This document shows, one piece after another, positions 1-10,520 of a stretch of DNA of 32,000 nucleotides. Every line of letters begins with the position of its first letter. The stretch's first letter is position 1. The stretch lies in contig NC_006055.1 of NCBI RefSeq assembly GCF_000008305.1, forward strand, positions 240,001 to 272,000. The letters run 5' to 3'. The notes beneath the pieces were generated by a model, which saw nothing but the letters and a program-made list of their open reading frames with translations, was not told the origin of the DNA and searched no databases. Origin of the DNA: Mesoplasma florum L1 (GTDB lineage: Bacteria; Bacillota_I; Bacilli_A; Mycoplasmatales; Mycoplasmataceae). A program made the position numbers and the translations under genes.

Positions 1-36
1 ATGAACAAAGAAAATCTAAAAAATAGTAATATTTAA
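1..36 (+). CDS. Possible C-terminal end of an upstream gene truncated by the window edge (reads MNKENLKNSNI*)
   Basis: Open frame from base 1 to TAA at 34-36, followed directly by a strong hairpin terminator at 41-70; too short to identify. Confidence 0.35.
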   Translation: MNKENLKNSNI

Positions 37-40
37 AAAT

Positions 41-70
41 AAAATGCTTATCGTAAGATAAGCATTTTTT
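41..70. terminator. Bidirectional rho-independent terminator
   Basis: Perfect 12-bp stem AAAATGCTTATC / GATAAGCATTTT with GTAA loop, A-run on one side and T-run on the other; lies between convergent genes. Confidence 0.85.
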
Positions 71-1073
71 ATTTGAAGTAGTTTTCTATTTTTTCTTTTA
101 AATATTCTTTTTCTTCAGTATTAGTGAATGTTGAATTTAATGTTTTTAATAATAGATTTTTTCATTTTTCTTCAGATATTTTATTATTTTGATTAACTAA
201 AAGATAGTTATCATTCAAAGTTGTAGGTCCAAAATATGCAGGGTCATCAGAATTTATTGAAAAAGAAATATCATTGTCTAAGAAAACTTGAATAGGAAAT
301 GTTTTTGGGTCAAGTCAAGCTTTTGAGTAAAAATTAGGCAAAGGACATAATGATAAATGTATTTCTTTTTCTTTAACTAATTTTAATGCTTCTAAACTTT
401 TATGAATATATAATCCATGATCAATTCTATCAGGGTTTAAAATATTTATAACCTCAATTGGGTCTTGTTCAAAACTATTTTCAGCAGCATGTGTTGTTAC
501 ATTTAAGCCTAGATTCCTTGCTTTATCAACAACTGGTTTAAAAATGGCTGCTCAGTTTTCAATTTCATTAGAATCAAAACCTATTCCAACAATTTTTTTA
601 TTTTCAATAGCAAGTTTTGACATATCTAAAATATTTAAAGCTTCATCAACGCTTTCATCTTTCAAAAAACACATAATTAACTTTGCTTTTAAATCAAGTT
701 CTTTTTCTGCTTTTTCTAAAGCTTGATACAAACCATCTATAACATCATCTAAATGAATGCCTCGTTTAATGTGAGGTTGTGGATCAAAGAAAATCTCAGT
801 ATAGATAACATTTTGTTTTTTTGCATTTTTCAAATGATTTCAAGCTAAATCAAAAAAGTCTTGTTGATTCTCTAAGACAGCCATATTTTTATAGTAGTCT
901 TTTAAAAAATCAGACAAACTAGTAAAAACGGGTGGCTTTGATAATTTTTCTAAGTACATAGGATCAAAATTTAATTGCTTTTGTTCAATTTTAGCTAAAA
1001 CTGTTTTAGCTTCTAAAGTCCCTTCTATATGTACATGTAATTCAATTTTTGGCATATTTTCAATATTTTTCAT
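69..1073 (-). CDS. add: Adenosine deaminase
   Basis: ORF fragments 840-1073 and 552-833 share a frame and join through TGA=Trp, running to TAA at 69-71. Motifs: MPKIELHVHIEGTLE, THAAE, RIDHG, SINSDDPAYF (metal and catalytic motifs of the family). Confidence 0.9.
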
Positions 1074-1249
1074 ACAACTCCTTTATTTAAAAATATGAAC
1101 TTATAATATCAAAATACTAATAAACAAAAGGTATTTTTGAAACACAATATAATTACTTTTTTATGTTAAAATAAAAAAAATGTGTCGAATAAATATGAAT
1201 AATTTTTTATTTTATTCATTGTGATATTAGTCAAAATAGAGGTACTAAA

Positions 1250-2368
1250 ATGAATTGAAAAAACACTGAAAATAAGTTAAATGAATTTATAGATAATAAA
1301 TTATTTAATGGGGTTGTATTAAAAATAACTAATGAAAACAAAACAATTTATTTTAATAGTTTTGGGTATTCAAATCTTGAGGAAGAAGTTAAAATGAACA
1401 ATGACAACATATTTGCATTGTATTCAATGACAAAACCAATTACAGTTATTGCATGTTTACTATTGATACAAAGAGGATTATTATCTTTTGAAGATAAAAT
1501 TTGTTATTTTTACTCAGATTTTAATGAAGAAATTAAAATAAAGCATTTATTGAATATGACATCTGGATTGACTTATTTTTGAAATAACTCAGAAAGTGGA
1601 AAAGAAATTAAAGATGCTTTTGACTTGGTTGAAAATGAAAATATATCTTTACAAAATTTTTGTGAAAAAATTAGTAAAGCTAAGGTAATTTCTAAACCAG
1701 GAGCTGAGTGACATTATGGTGTTTCACTCGATATCATCGGTGGAATAATTGAAAAGATTTCAAATCAAGGATTTAATGATTTTGTTAATGAAAATATACT
1801 TGCACCTTTAGAGATGCAAGATACTGCTTTTTATATAAAAGATTTAAATAGAAAAACACAAGTATATGAATTTAAAAAAACAATAGATGGAAACAAATTA
1901 GTTTCTAATAAAGATTTTCATTTCCTTATGCCGTTTACAAATAAACAACCAGCAGCTTCATTGGGTGGCAGCGGATTATTTTCTACAGCTGATGATTACT
2001 CAAAGTTTTTGAATTTCTTAATAGATGGAAAAATCAATGGAATACAATATTTAGAATCTGAATTACTTGAAGAAATGAGAAGCGATCAATTAAAAGATAT
2101 CAAAGAAACTTTTAAATGAACTTTTAATAAAGATTATTCTTATGGATACGGAGTTAGAGTAAGATTGAGAAATGAATTAGACCCTTTAACAGAAATTGGG
2201 GAATTTGGTTGAGATGGAGCTTTAGGCAGTGCTGGGCTTGTTGACCCTAAGAATAATATAACAATGACCTTTTTAAGTTCTAGTTACCCAGGTAATAATA
2301 GAATTGTTCAAACAGAATTATTCGGTGCTGTTTATAAAGATTTAAGAGAACTTAACATAATAAAATAA
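1250..2368 (+). CDS. Serine hydrolase of the beta-lactamase / class C esterase fold
   Basis: ATG 1250 to TAA 2366-2368 with internal TGA=Trp. SMTK (SxxK) nucleophile motif in FALYSMTKPIT, Tyr motif region AEWHYGVS, late FGWDGALGSAGLVDP motif typical of EstB/AmpC-like hydrolases. Confidence 0.8.
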
Positions 2369-2369
2369 A

Positions 2370-2400
2370 AACCTAGTTATTTCTAACTAGGTTGTTTTTT
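2370..2400 (+). terminator. Rho-independent terminator after the serine hydrolase gene
   Basis: AACCTAGTTA / TAACTAGGTT stem, TTTC loop, followed by G and T6. Confidence 0.8.
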
Positions 2401-2408
2401 CTTAATAA

Positions 2409-2816
2409 TGGTGGAGATGGTGGGAATCGAACCCACGTCCAAAATACCGAATCATATAAATTCTACAGTTTAGATAATTTTCTAATTTGCTATATTAAAT
2501 AAAATTATCAAAAGACTAATATAACATCCGTAATTGAGTTTCAAAATTATTTATTACGATCATAATTTCTATTGGAATTGGTATGTACAATAATTAACAG
2601 ATTCCAAGACTATTAAAAATTGCCAAACGTATATTTGTATTTAAGTCAAATTAAGCGAAAGCGTAATTTGCTTGTCCAGCATTTAACATAAATGTTGGAA
2701 CTTCGTTTGTGTTTTCTTCGTTTTTGTTTGCATTTTATCAAACCTAGAAGTATTATGGTCTACCACACCACTGCTATTATATGACCAGAGTATCCTGTCG
2801 AAACCAGGACATCCCC
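2409..2816 (-). ncRNA. ssrA: tmRNA (transfer-messenger RNA)
   Basis: Minus strand starts GGGGATGTCCTGGTTTCGACAGGATACTCTGGTC and ends GGACGTGGGTTCGATTCCCACCATCTCCACCA. 5' GGGGATG pairs with 3' CATCTCC (one G-U), encoded CCA, internal tag reading frame. Confidence 0.97.
2651..2731 (-). other. tmRNA-encoded proteolysis tag ORF: ANKNEENTNEVPTFMLNAGQANYAFA-stop (preceded in vivo by the charged Ala)
   Basis: Direct translation of the minus strand from GCA at 2731-2729 to TAA at 2653-2651; 26 codons plus stop; matches the known M. florum tag. Confidence 0.95.
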
Positions 2817-2824
2817 ATAAATTT

Positions 2825-2830
2825 ATTATA
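2825..2830 (-). promoter_or_regulatory. Probable -10 box (TATAAT) of the tmRNA promoter
   Basis: TATAAT on the minus strand, 8 nt upstream of the tmRNA 5' end at 2816; no clear -35 recognised. Confidence 0.6.
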
Positions 2831-2865
2831 CAATATATAAATAAGAAGTTCATGAAAGGTAAATT

Positions 2866-4272
2866 ATGTTGAAACTAGATCATATTGAAGAAATGCTTGA
2901 AAAAGCTTTAGAAGAAAAAGATGTTAAAAAAATAAGAAGTATTTCTAAGGAATTTCAATTTGTTGATTTTGCTGAGGCAATGGAACAATTTGAAAGTAAG
3001 AAAGTATTAAAAATATTTAGATTATTGGAGCTTGAAGAAGCTGCAGAGATTTTTACATATTTAGACTCTGAACATCAAGAATATATTATCGAAGCTTTTA
3101 CTAATACAGAAATACAAGAAATCTTAGATGAACTTTACACTGATGATATTGTTGATTTAATTGATGAAATGCCAAGTGAAGTTGTTAAAAAGATTTTAAA
3201 AGCAACCACAAAAGATGTTAGAAAAGAATTAAACAATATTCTTAAGTACAAAGAACATACTGCTGGTGCTATAATGAGTATCAACTTTACTGAACTTAAA
3301 GCGGATAATACCGTTGAAATGGCAATTAAAGCTATTAAACGTCGTCACGAAGACTATGATGAAATAGATGATTTATTTATTATTGATGAACAAAATAAAT
3401 TATTAGGTTGATTAGAATTAAAACAACTTTTAATAAATACACCAGAAACTAAACTTGAAAAAATAATGAATTCAAAAATTATTAGTGTTAACGTAGAAAT
3501 GGATCAAGAAGAAGTTGCTAACTATTTTAAACGCTATGATATAAATACATTACCTGTTGTAAATAAAAACCAACAATTAGTAGGTATTATAACTGTGGAT
3601 GATGTTATTGACGTATTAGTTGAAGAATCAACAGAAGATATTCAAAATTTTGCAGGTATTGATGCGGATAATGTTGAATCAGATTACTTTGAAACAAGTA
3701 TATTTAAAATGTATAAATCTAGAATTGTATGATTATCAATTTTATTATTAATTGGAATAGTTACACATGTTATTATGTTAATTATGTTTAACCTAGTTGA
3801 TGGATTAAAAAACTTATCTTCAGGTAGAGAAATGATTATGATGATACCAATATTAATTGTTTTAGCTGGTGTATCTGGTAATATAGCGAATCAATCATCA
3901 TTAATGATGATAAGATCATTAGCTTTAAACCAAGTTCATAAAAAAGAAATTAAAACTATTTTTATAAAAGAGTTAATAGTTGGTTTCTTACTGGGTATAA
4001 CATTATCGTTTATAAATGTAATTAGATTATTGATTATATATGCTATACAGGGCGGTGGCTCAATTAATCATATGGAATGAATGGTTATCTTGTTTTCAAC
4101 TTTAGGAATTTTAGTTGTAGTTATGCTAGCTAATTTATTGGGTATTTTACTACCACTAATATTGAAAAAAATAAAAAGAGATCCAACAATTGCATCTTCA
4201 CCATTAATAACTAGTTTAGTTGATATAATGTGTGTACTTGTATTTATTGGGTTTGCATTAATTATAGTTTAG
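2866..4272 (+). CDS. mgtE: Magnesium transporter MgtE
   Basis: Four in-frame ORF fragments (2866, 3466, 3775, 4081) join through TGA=Trp. N domain (EMPSEVVKKILKATTKDVRKELNNILKYKEHTAGAIMSINFTEL), CBS domains, and C-terminal membrane domain with SGNIANQSS. Confidence 0.93.
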
Positions 4273-4280
4273 GAGAAAAT

Positions 4281-4952
4281 ATGAGATTAAGAAATAAACC
4301 TTGAGTAAAGGAATATTTAGAAAAAAATGATAAATATTTAATTAGTTGAGATAAAGAAACAAAAATTAATTTATCTGATTTATTCAATAATAAAAAGCAA
4401 CCAGTTCACTTAGAAATTGGCTGTGGTAAAGGAAATTTTATTACAAACCATGCATTAAAAGAATCAGATATTAATTTTATTGGAATGGAAAAAGAAGAAA
4501 CTGTTGTTGGAGTAGCATTGAAAAAAACTTTAGCAGAATTTGAACAAAGAAATAAAGAAGTAACTAATTTAAAGTACTTTAATGATTTTGCTGAAGACTT
4601 ATCAGATATTTTTGCCCCATCATCAATTGATAAAATTTATTTAAACTTTTCTGATCCTTGACCAAAGGCTCGACATTCTAAAAAAAGACTTACATATAGA
4701 ACATTTTTAGACATATATGCCAACATAATAAAATCTCATGGAATACTTGAGTTTAAAACAGATAATGATGGATTATTTGCTTTTTCATTAGAAGAGATAG
4801 CTGAAAATAAAAACTGAGAACTTATATATCAAACAACTGATTTATATTCAGATATTGAGGCTTTAAAAAATAATATACCTACTGAATATGAGACAAAATT
4901 TCATACAGCTGGTAAAAATATAAATAAATTAATTATTAAAAAAACTTTTTAG
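4281..4952 (+). CDS. trmB: tRNA (guanine-N7-)-methyltransferase
   Basis: AGGAG RBS, ATG 4281. [19 protein letters not shown] (SAM motif), [26 protein letters not shown] (family signature); TAG 4950-4952. Confidence 0.95.
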
Positions 4953-4979
4953 AAACTTGGAGAAATCCAAGTTTTTTTA
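4953..4979 (+). terminator. Rho-independent terminator after trmB
   Basis: AAACTTGG / CCAAGTTT stem with AGAAAT loop followed by a T-run. Confidence 0.75.
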
Positions 4980-5005
4980 TTAATAATATCAAGAGGTGGT
5001 TTATC

Positions 5006-6349
5006 GTGAATCTAATTCTTACATTTTTATTTTTTATATTTAGTTTTAATCAAAATATTAATTTTAAATCAGGACCAAAAATAAATAATCAAAAAATTTT
5101 TAAAAATGAAATAGAGTATCCATCAAAAATGTATTCTACAAACATAAATTTTAATCAAAATTTAAATAATGGAGATTTATGGCATTCAAATTATAATTAT
5201 ACATTTGTTGTTAATTTAACTGATTTCAAAAAGTATACTTTTGAGTATTATAATTTTAAAATAGAGTATCAAATACTTGAAAGAATAATTGATAAAAACA
5301 ATAATGTAATTTCAACAAAAAATGGTATTTCATTATTAGTTAGAAATGAAATATCTTCAAAAGCTAAAATAAATAACTATGTATTAGAAGAAATTGGAAC
5401 ATCAAATAAAATTGAATATCAAAGTTTTTTAATGGCAGATTTAGAAATAAAACAAGATTATAAATTAACAACAATAATTACAAATAACCGTGCCAAAGAG
5501 GCTGCAATTAAATCTACAAATTTGTTTAAACAAAGAACTTTAAGTGTTAGTCAAATTGAAGTTTTTTTAATTCCTAAAATAGACTACGAAATTTTTGATA
5601 ATCAAAGTTTAGAAGTAAAATATGATCCTTCAAAAATGCCAAATAGTATTGATAATATTAATAAAGAATTGAATAATAAATTATTACAAATGATAGATCA
5701 ACTAAATTTAAATTCTCAAATTTTTTTCTATTTCTTTTCTGGAATTCAACTGTCAAATAATAATTTAAATGATTTATCAGAAATTACCCCAAATTTGATA
5801 AAGACAATGGAGATTGAAGTTTCAAAAAGCTATATTATAGAGAAAGATGCTTTTCTTAAACCATTAACTCCCTTAAAACTAAAAGTAATTTTTTTACAAA
5901 CTTTTAATATCACCAATATAGGACTAGCAAAAGAAATTTTTGTTGAAAATTATTCTATTGTAAACAAAGAATTTTTAATTTCGAAATTTGACTCACTTGC
6001 ATTTTTATTTGATGATATTCTTTTTATTGAAAAAGAAAGAGAAGATAAATGAATTATAGATGTAAAATATAAATATAAAACCTATATTTATGGAACCTTA
6101 GAAATTAATATACACCTATACTCTAATAATTGAAATGAATCAAATAATGAGAACATAGATAGTGAAAACCCATCTTGAATTGATGGTGAAATATATGATG
6201 AAAATCCACAGTTTAAAAATATTAAAGAAAGTAAATACTTAAAATCTATAATTTTATTTTCTATCAGTATATTGATGTTTAGCTCAATATTGTTGCCAGA
6301 ATTATTAAAAAAACTAAAAAAGAAGCATAGAAAAAATGATAAAATATAA
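5006..6349 (+). CDS. Hypothetical protein with N-terminal hydrophobic segment and C-terminal transmembrane helix
   Basis: GTG 5006, ORF fragment to 6052 continues through TGA=Trp to TAA 6347-6349. N-terminus MNLILTFLFFIFSF; near the C-terminus KSIILFSISILMFSSILLPELLKKLKKKHRKNDKI. No recognisable domain. Confidence 0.8.
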
Positions 6350-6375
6350 AAAGAAAATACTGAGGGCTTATTCAA

Positions 6376-7140
6376 ATGAGATATAAAATTCAATCAATGA
6401 GTGATATAGGTAGAGTAAGAAAATCAAACCAAGATTTTTTAGGCTACACTACAAACAACGAAGGTTGTCTTTTTGCTATTGTTTGTGATGGTATGGGTGG
6501 TCATGCTCACGGTGAATTAGCATCAAAAATGGCAGTTGAAACATTTATAAGATTATTTGAGAAAGAAACTTTTTTAGAAAAGGATGATAATCAAATAAAT
6601 CAATGATTAAGAGATTCTGTTAAACAAATAGTTCAAGAAATGAAAGATCATGTTGATGTTTTTTATGAAACACATGATATGGGTACAACTCTAACAGCAG
6701 TTCTTTTTGTAGAAAAAAAAGCTTTTGTAGTTAATATTGGAGATTCAAGAACATATAGATTAAAAGACGGAAAACTAAATCAAATCACAGTTGATCAAAA
6801 CTTGTGAAATGATAAAGATAATAGAGAAAAAAGAAAAGAAGAAATTAAAAACTATTTAGGTGCAAAATTTAATGAAATGACATATTGAAAAGTATTAACT
6901 AGTGCACTAGGGCCAAATAAAAATACTAAGATTGATACATATTTACTTAACGACAATGTAGGAACTTTTGTTTTAACAACTGATGGAGTTCATGATTATA
7001 TTGATGCTGAGACTTTTACTGAAATTTTAAGTTCAAAGAGAAGACTTAAATCAAAAGCTAAAGATATTATCGAATTTGCTATGAATAACTTTTCAACAGA
7101 TAACCTGTCTTTATTAATAGTAGAAATGATGGGTGAGTAA
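6376..7140 (+). CDS. prpC: PP2C-family protein serine/threonine phosphatase (PrpC-like)
   Basis: ATG 6376 to TAA 7138-7140 across TGA=Trp. Motifs SDIGRVRKSNQD, AIVCDGMGGHAHGE, DMGTTLTAVLF, VVNIGDSRTYRL, TTDGVHDY, TDNLSLLIV. Confidence 0.93.
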
Positions 7141-7141
7141 T

Positions 7142-8302
7142 ATGCAAGATGAAAAAAAATATACAAGAATAGATGAGATTCCAGTTGATTATTTTGCAAA
7201 TAAAAAAATAAGTGGAAACTATTTATTAATAAATGAAATAGGTAGAGGTACTTTTGGTTTAGTATATAAAGCTAAAGATTTGAGTAATCAAAACTATTCA
7301 AGTGAAAGTTTTTTAGCCATCAAGTTAATGTTTGTCCCAAATATCAAAAATGAAAATGATAGATTAAGAGAACAAGAAATAAGAGATGAAATTAAGAAAT
7401 ACTCTACTCAAATTTTTAATCCTAGAGTTGTCAAAATTCAAGATTATCTTCAATGAGAAAACTTTTTATTAATTGTAATGGAATATGTAGATGGTCAATC
7501 CTTACAAGACATGCTAAAAGAAAAAGACGGAACTTTAACTTTTGAAGAAATAATTTACTATTTTAGTGAAATAGCCTTAGGTCTTCAAGGAGTTCATGAT
7601 ATGAACATGATTCATCGTGATATAAAACCGGGAAATATTTTATTATCAAAAGACAAAAAAATAAAAATAACTGATTTTGGTATTTCTCATGTTAAAGGAT
7701 TTGTTTATGAAGGTGGAAATGCTAAAAAAACGCTAAAACCTTCTTCACCAGGAACTCCAAGATTTGCATCACCAGAACAATACATTGAAACAGATAGTTC
7801 TAGTGAAGATAAAGTTTCATTTCAATCAGATATTTATTCATTAGGTGTAATGATGTATGAAGCAACAACTGGAGTTGAACTGATAAAAATAAATGATCCA
7901 AGGTTATTTAAACCTCAAGATGACAAAGCTAGAAAAGATAGAAATTCATATTTGCTTGATCAAACTTTAGTTGCAGAAATTGTTTCACCATCAGTTATAA
8001 ATCCTTCAATTGATAAGAGTTTAGAATACATAATTATGAAATGTTTAGAAAAGAATGTGGCAGAAAGATATAAAACAGCCAATGAAGTTGCAAGAGATTT
8101 AAAAGCAATTGGTAGAGGCGAAAAAATAATAATTAAAAAAAGTAAAAATGAGCCTTACAGAACTGATAGCATCAAAAAATTAGAAAATGAAAATAAAAAA
8201 TTTAATACATTTATTTCAACTTTTATTAATGCTAAAGTTGTTCCTATAGTAGCTTGCATTTTTATAATATTCGTTTTATTAATTTTTGTTTTAATTTGAT
8301 AG
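7142..8302 (+). CDS. prkC: Eukaryote-type Ser/Thr protein kinase (PrkC/PknB-like) without extracellular PASTA domains
   Basis: ATG 7142 (upstream in-frame GTG at 7133 is an alternative). Motifs IGRGTFGLVYKAKD, FLAIKLMF, HRDIKPGNIL, ITDFGISH, GTPRFASPEQY. Single C-terminal TM VVPIVACIFIIFVLLIFVLI then W and TAG 8300-8302. Confidence 0.93.
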
Positions 8303-8311
8303 GAGGTAAAA

Positions 8312-9208
8312 ATGAAGGGAAAAATTATTCAAATAGATAGTAATGTCAGTTTTATTCTTACAGAAGAGCAAAAAATATATGAAGTATTCATAAAGGGCAA
8401 TGTAAAAAAAGAAATAAAACCTTTAGTTGGTGATGATGTTGAATTCGAACTTATTGAAAATGAAAAAGGGAATATTACAAAAATTCTTTCAAGGAAGAAT
8501 GAAATATACAGACCGCGTATCGCAAATGTTGATCAAGTTATTATTGTAACATCACTATTTGAACCCCTTTTTGCTTCATATATTTTAAATAAATATATTT
8601 TTATGATTGAAGCAAAAAAAATAAAACCTATCCTTCTTTTTACAAAAAATGAGCTGTTAGTTAAAACTAAATATTATGATGAAGTAACAAACAAAATTAA
8701 TTCTTATAAAGAATTAGGGTATGAAATTGTTGTTTTAGATAATATTGAAAATAAGAACTATTTAAATGAAATAGATAATTTAAGAAAAAAAATGATTGAT
8801 AAGGTTTCTTTTTTTACAGGACAAACAGGTGCTGGAAAATCAACTACTCTTAATAATTATTTATTCCAATATCAAATTAAAACAAATGAAATATCTCTTA
8901 AATTGAATAGAGGTAAACATACTACTACAAATGTTAAAATTTATAATTTACCAGATAATATTTTAATAGCTGATACACCAGGTTTTTCAAGTTTTGAATT
9001 AGTTAATTTGGAAATAGAAGATATTTTAAGAACATCTAAGATTTTAAACAATTTTAACAATGACTGTAAATTTATAGATTGCATACATATTCATGAAAAA
9101 AAATGTGGTGTAAAAGAAGCTGTTGAACAAAATAAAATACCAGTTTTTATATACGAAGATTATAAAAAGATATATGAAGAAATATCAAACAGAAAGGTAA
9201 AATACTAA
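8312..9208 (+). CDS. rsgA: Ribosome small subunit-dependent GTPase A
   Basis: Circularly permuted GTPase order (TKNE, GQTGAGKST, DTPGFSSF) and zinc-binding CKFIDCIHIHEKKCGVKEAV. Confidence 0.95.
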   Translation: MKGKIIQIDSNVSFILTEEQKIYEVFIKGNVKKEIKPLVGDDVEFELIENEKGNITKILSRKNEIYRPRIANVDQVIIVTSLFEPLFASYILNKYIFMIEAKKIKPILLFTKNELLVKTKYYDEVTNKINSYKELGYEIVVLDNIENKNYLNEIDNLRKKMIDKVSFFTGQTGAGKSTTLNNYLFQYQIKTNEISLKLNRGKHTTTNVKIYNLPDNILIADTPGFSSFELVNLEIEDILRTSKILNNFNNDCKFIDCIHIHEKKCGVKEAVEQNKIPVFIYEDYKKIYEEISNRKVKY

Positions 9209-9879
9209 TGCAAAAAATAACAATAGCTCCTAGTTTTTTATCAGCTAATTTTGCAGATTTAAAAAATGAAATAAAAAGATGTAAAGAAGCTAACATTGAA
9301 TGAATACATTATGATGTTATGGATTATGATTTTGTTCCTAATTTAACATTTGGATCAAAAGTTTTAAAAGATATCGTTAATTCAAGCGACTTTAAAATTG
9401 ATATACACTTTATGGTTAAAGTAAAAACAAAAAGGTTTGAAGACTTTTTTTCAGAATACATTAAATGTAAACCTACTATGATGACAATGCATGTTGAATC
9501 AATGTCTAAAAAAGAAATAAATATGTTTTATAACATATGTAAAACAAATAATATAATGTTTAGTTTAGCTGTTTCACCAAAGACAAATATAAAAGTTTTA
9601 AATAAATGAATAGATAAATTAGAAAACATCTTGATAATGAGTGTAGAGCCAGGATTTGGTGGTCAATCATTCATTCCCGAAGTTTTAGAAAAAGTAAAAC
9701 ATTTAGCTGAATTGAAAAAAACAAATGGATACACTTATTCTATTGAAATTGATGGTGGAATTAATGATGAAACTAGTAAAAAAGCTATCGATGCAGGTGT
9801 AGAAATGATAGTTGCAGGAAGCTATTTATTTGAAAGCAAAAACTTTTTAGAGAAAGTTGAATCTTTAAAACATGATTAA
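9208..9879 (+). CDS. rpe: Ribulose-phosphate 3-epimerase
   Basis: ATG 9208 overlapping the rsgA stop (TAATG). IAPSFLSANFADL, WIHYDVMDYDFVPNLTFG, DIHFMV, MSVEPGFGGQSFIPEVLEKV, EIDGGIND, VAGSYLF; joins two TGA=Trp sites. Confidence 0.95.
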
Positions 9880-10495
9880 AAATATTATTATTGTTGCAGC
9901 TAAAACAAACATAAATTTAAATATATTTAATAATGATGAATCTTTTATTATTGGTGTAGAGCGTGGTTGCTTAGATTTAATAGATAAAAAAATAAAAATA
10001 GATTTAGCTATATCTGATTTTGATCAAGTTCTTGATGAAGAAATTGAAATAATTAAATCTTATGCTAAAAAAATTAATATATTATCTAGTGAAAAAGATT
10101 ATTTAGATGGAGAAATTGCAATTATTGAAGCTAAGAAAATTTCTTCAACAGCAAATATAGTATTTATAGCAAATCCAACAAAAAGATATGACATGAATTT
10201 TTCAATTTTAAATTTAATATTTAAATATGGAATAAAATTAATGAACGATGAAAGTGTAATATTTAAATTGAATAAAGGGAAAACAGAACTAAGTTTTGAA
10301 AATTTTCAAGTATACACTTATGTAAGCTTCTTTTCTAAAGTTGATACTAAAATAACTTTAAAAAACTTAAAATATGAATGTGAAAACTTAGAATTAAAGG
10401 CTTGGGAAAATACATGTATTTCTAATGCAATAGTATTAAATAAAAACCCAATAATTTATTCTGATGATGAAATTATTTGCATTGCAACAAAATAA
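9872..10495 (+). CDS. thiN: Thiamine pyrophosphokinase
   Basis: GVERGCLDLIDKKIKIDLAISDFDQV (diphosphate kinase signature GDFDS-like) and the conserved position after rpe. Confidence 0.8.
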   Translation: MIKNIIIVAAKTNINLNIFNNDESFIIGVERGCLDLIDKKIKIDLAISDFDQVLDEEIEIIKSYAKKINILSSEKDYLDGEIAIIEAKKISSTANIVFIANPTKRYDMNFSILNLIFKYGIKLMNDESVIFKLNKGKTELSFENFQVYTYVSFFSKVDTKITLKNLKYECENLELKAWENTCISNAIVLNKNPIIYSDDEIICIATK

Positions 10496-10520
10496 AAAAG
10501 GAATTAAATTTCCTTTTTTT
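10494..10520. terminator. Bidirectional terminator between convergent genes
   Basis: AAAAAAGGAA / TTCCTTTTTT stem with a 6-nt loop. Confidence 0.6.

Noticed and set aside
544-726. 60-aa plus-strand ORF; similar small antisense ORFs at 6088-6393, 6996-7199, 12422-12607, 15871-16077, 22329-22517, 22591-22773, 24329-24577, 24955-25140, 25340-25558, 29861-30046 and 30980-31201
   Set aside because: All overlap well-supported genes on the opposite strand, have low-complexity Ser/Leu/Phe-rich composition, and lack recognisable motifs.
2409-2822. First thought to be a simple tRNA or an intergenic repeat next to the serine hydrolase
   Set aside because: Both halves of a tRNA-like domain, the tag ORF and the 408-nt spacing identify it as tmRNA.
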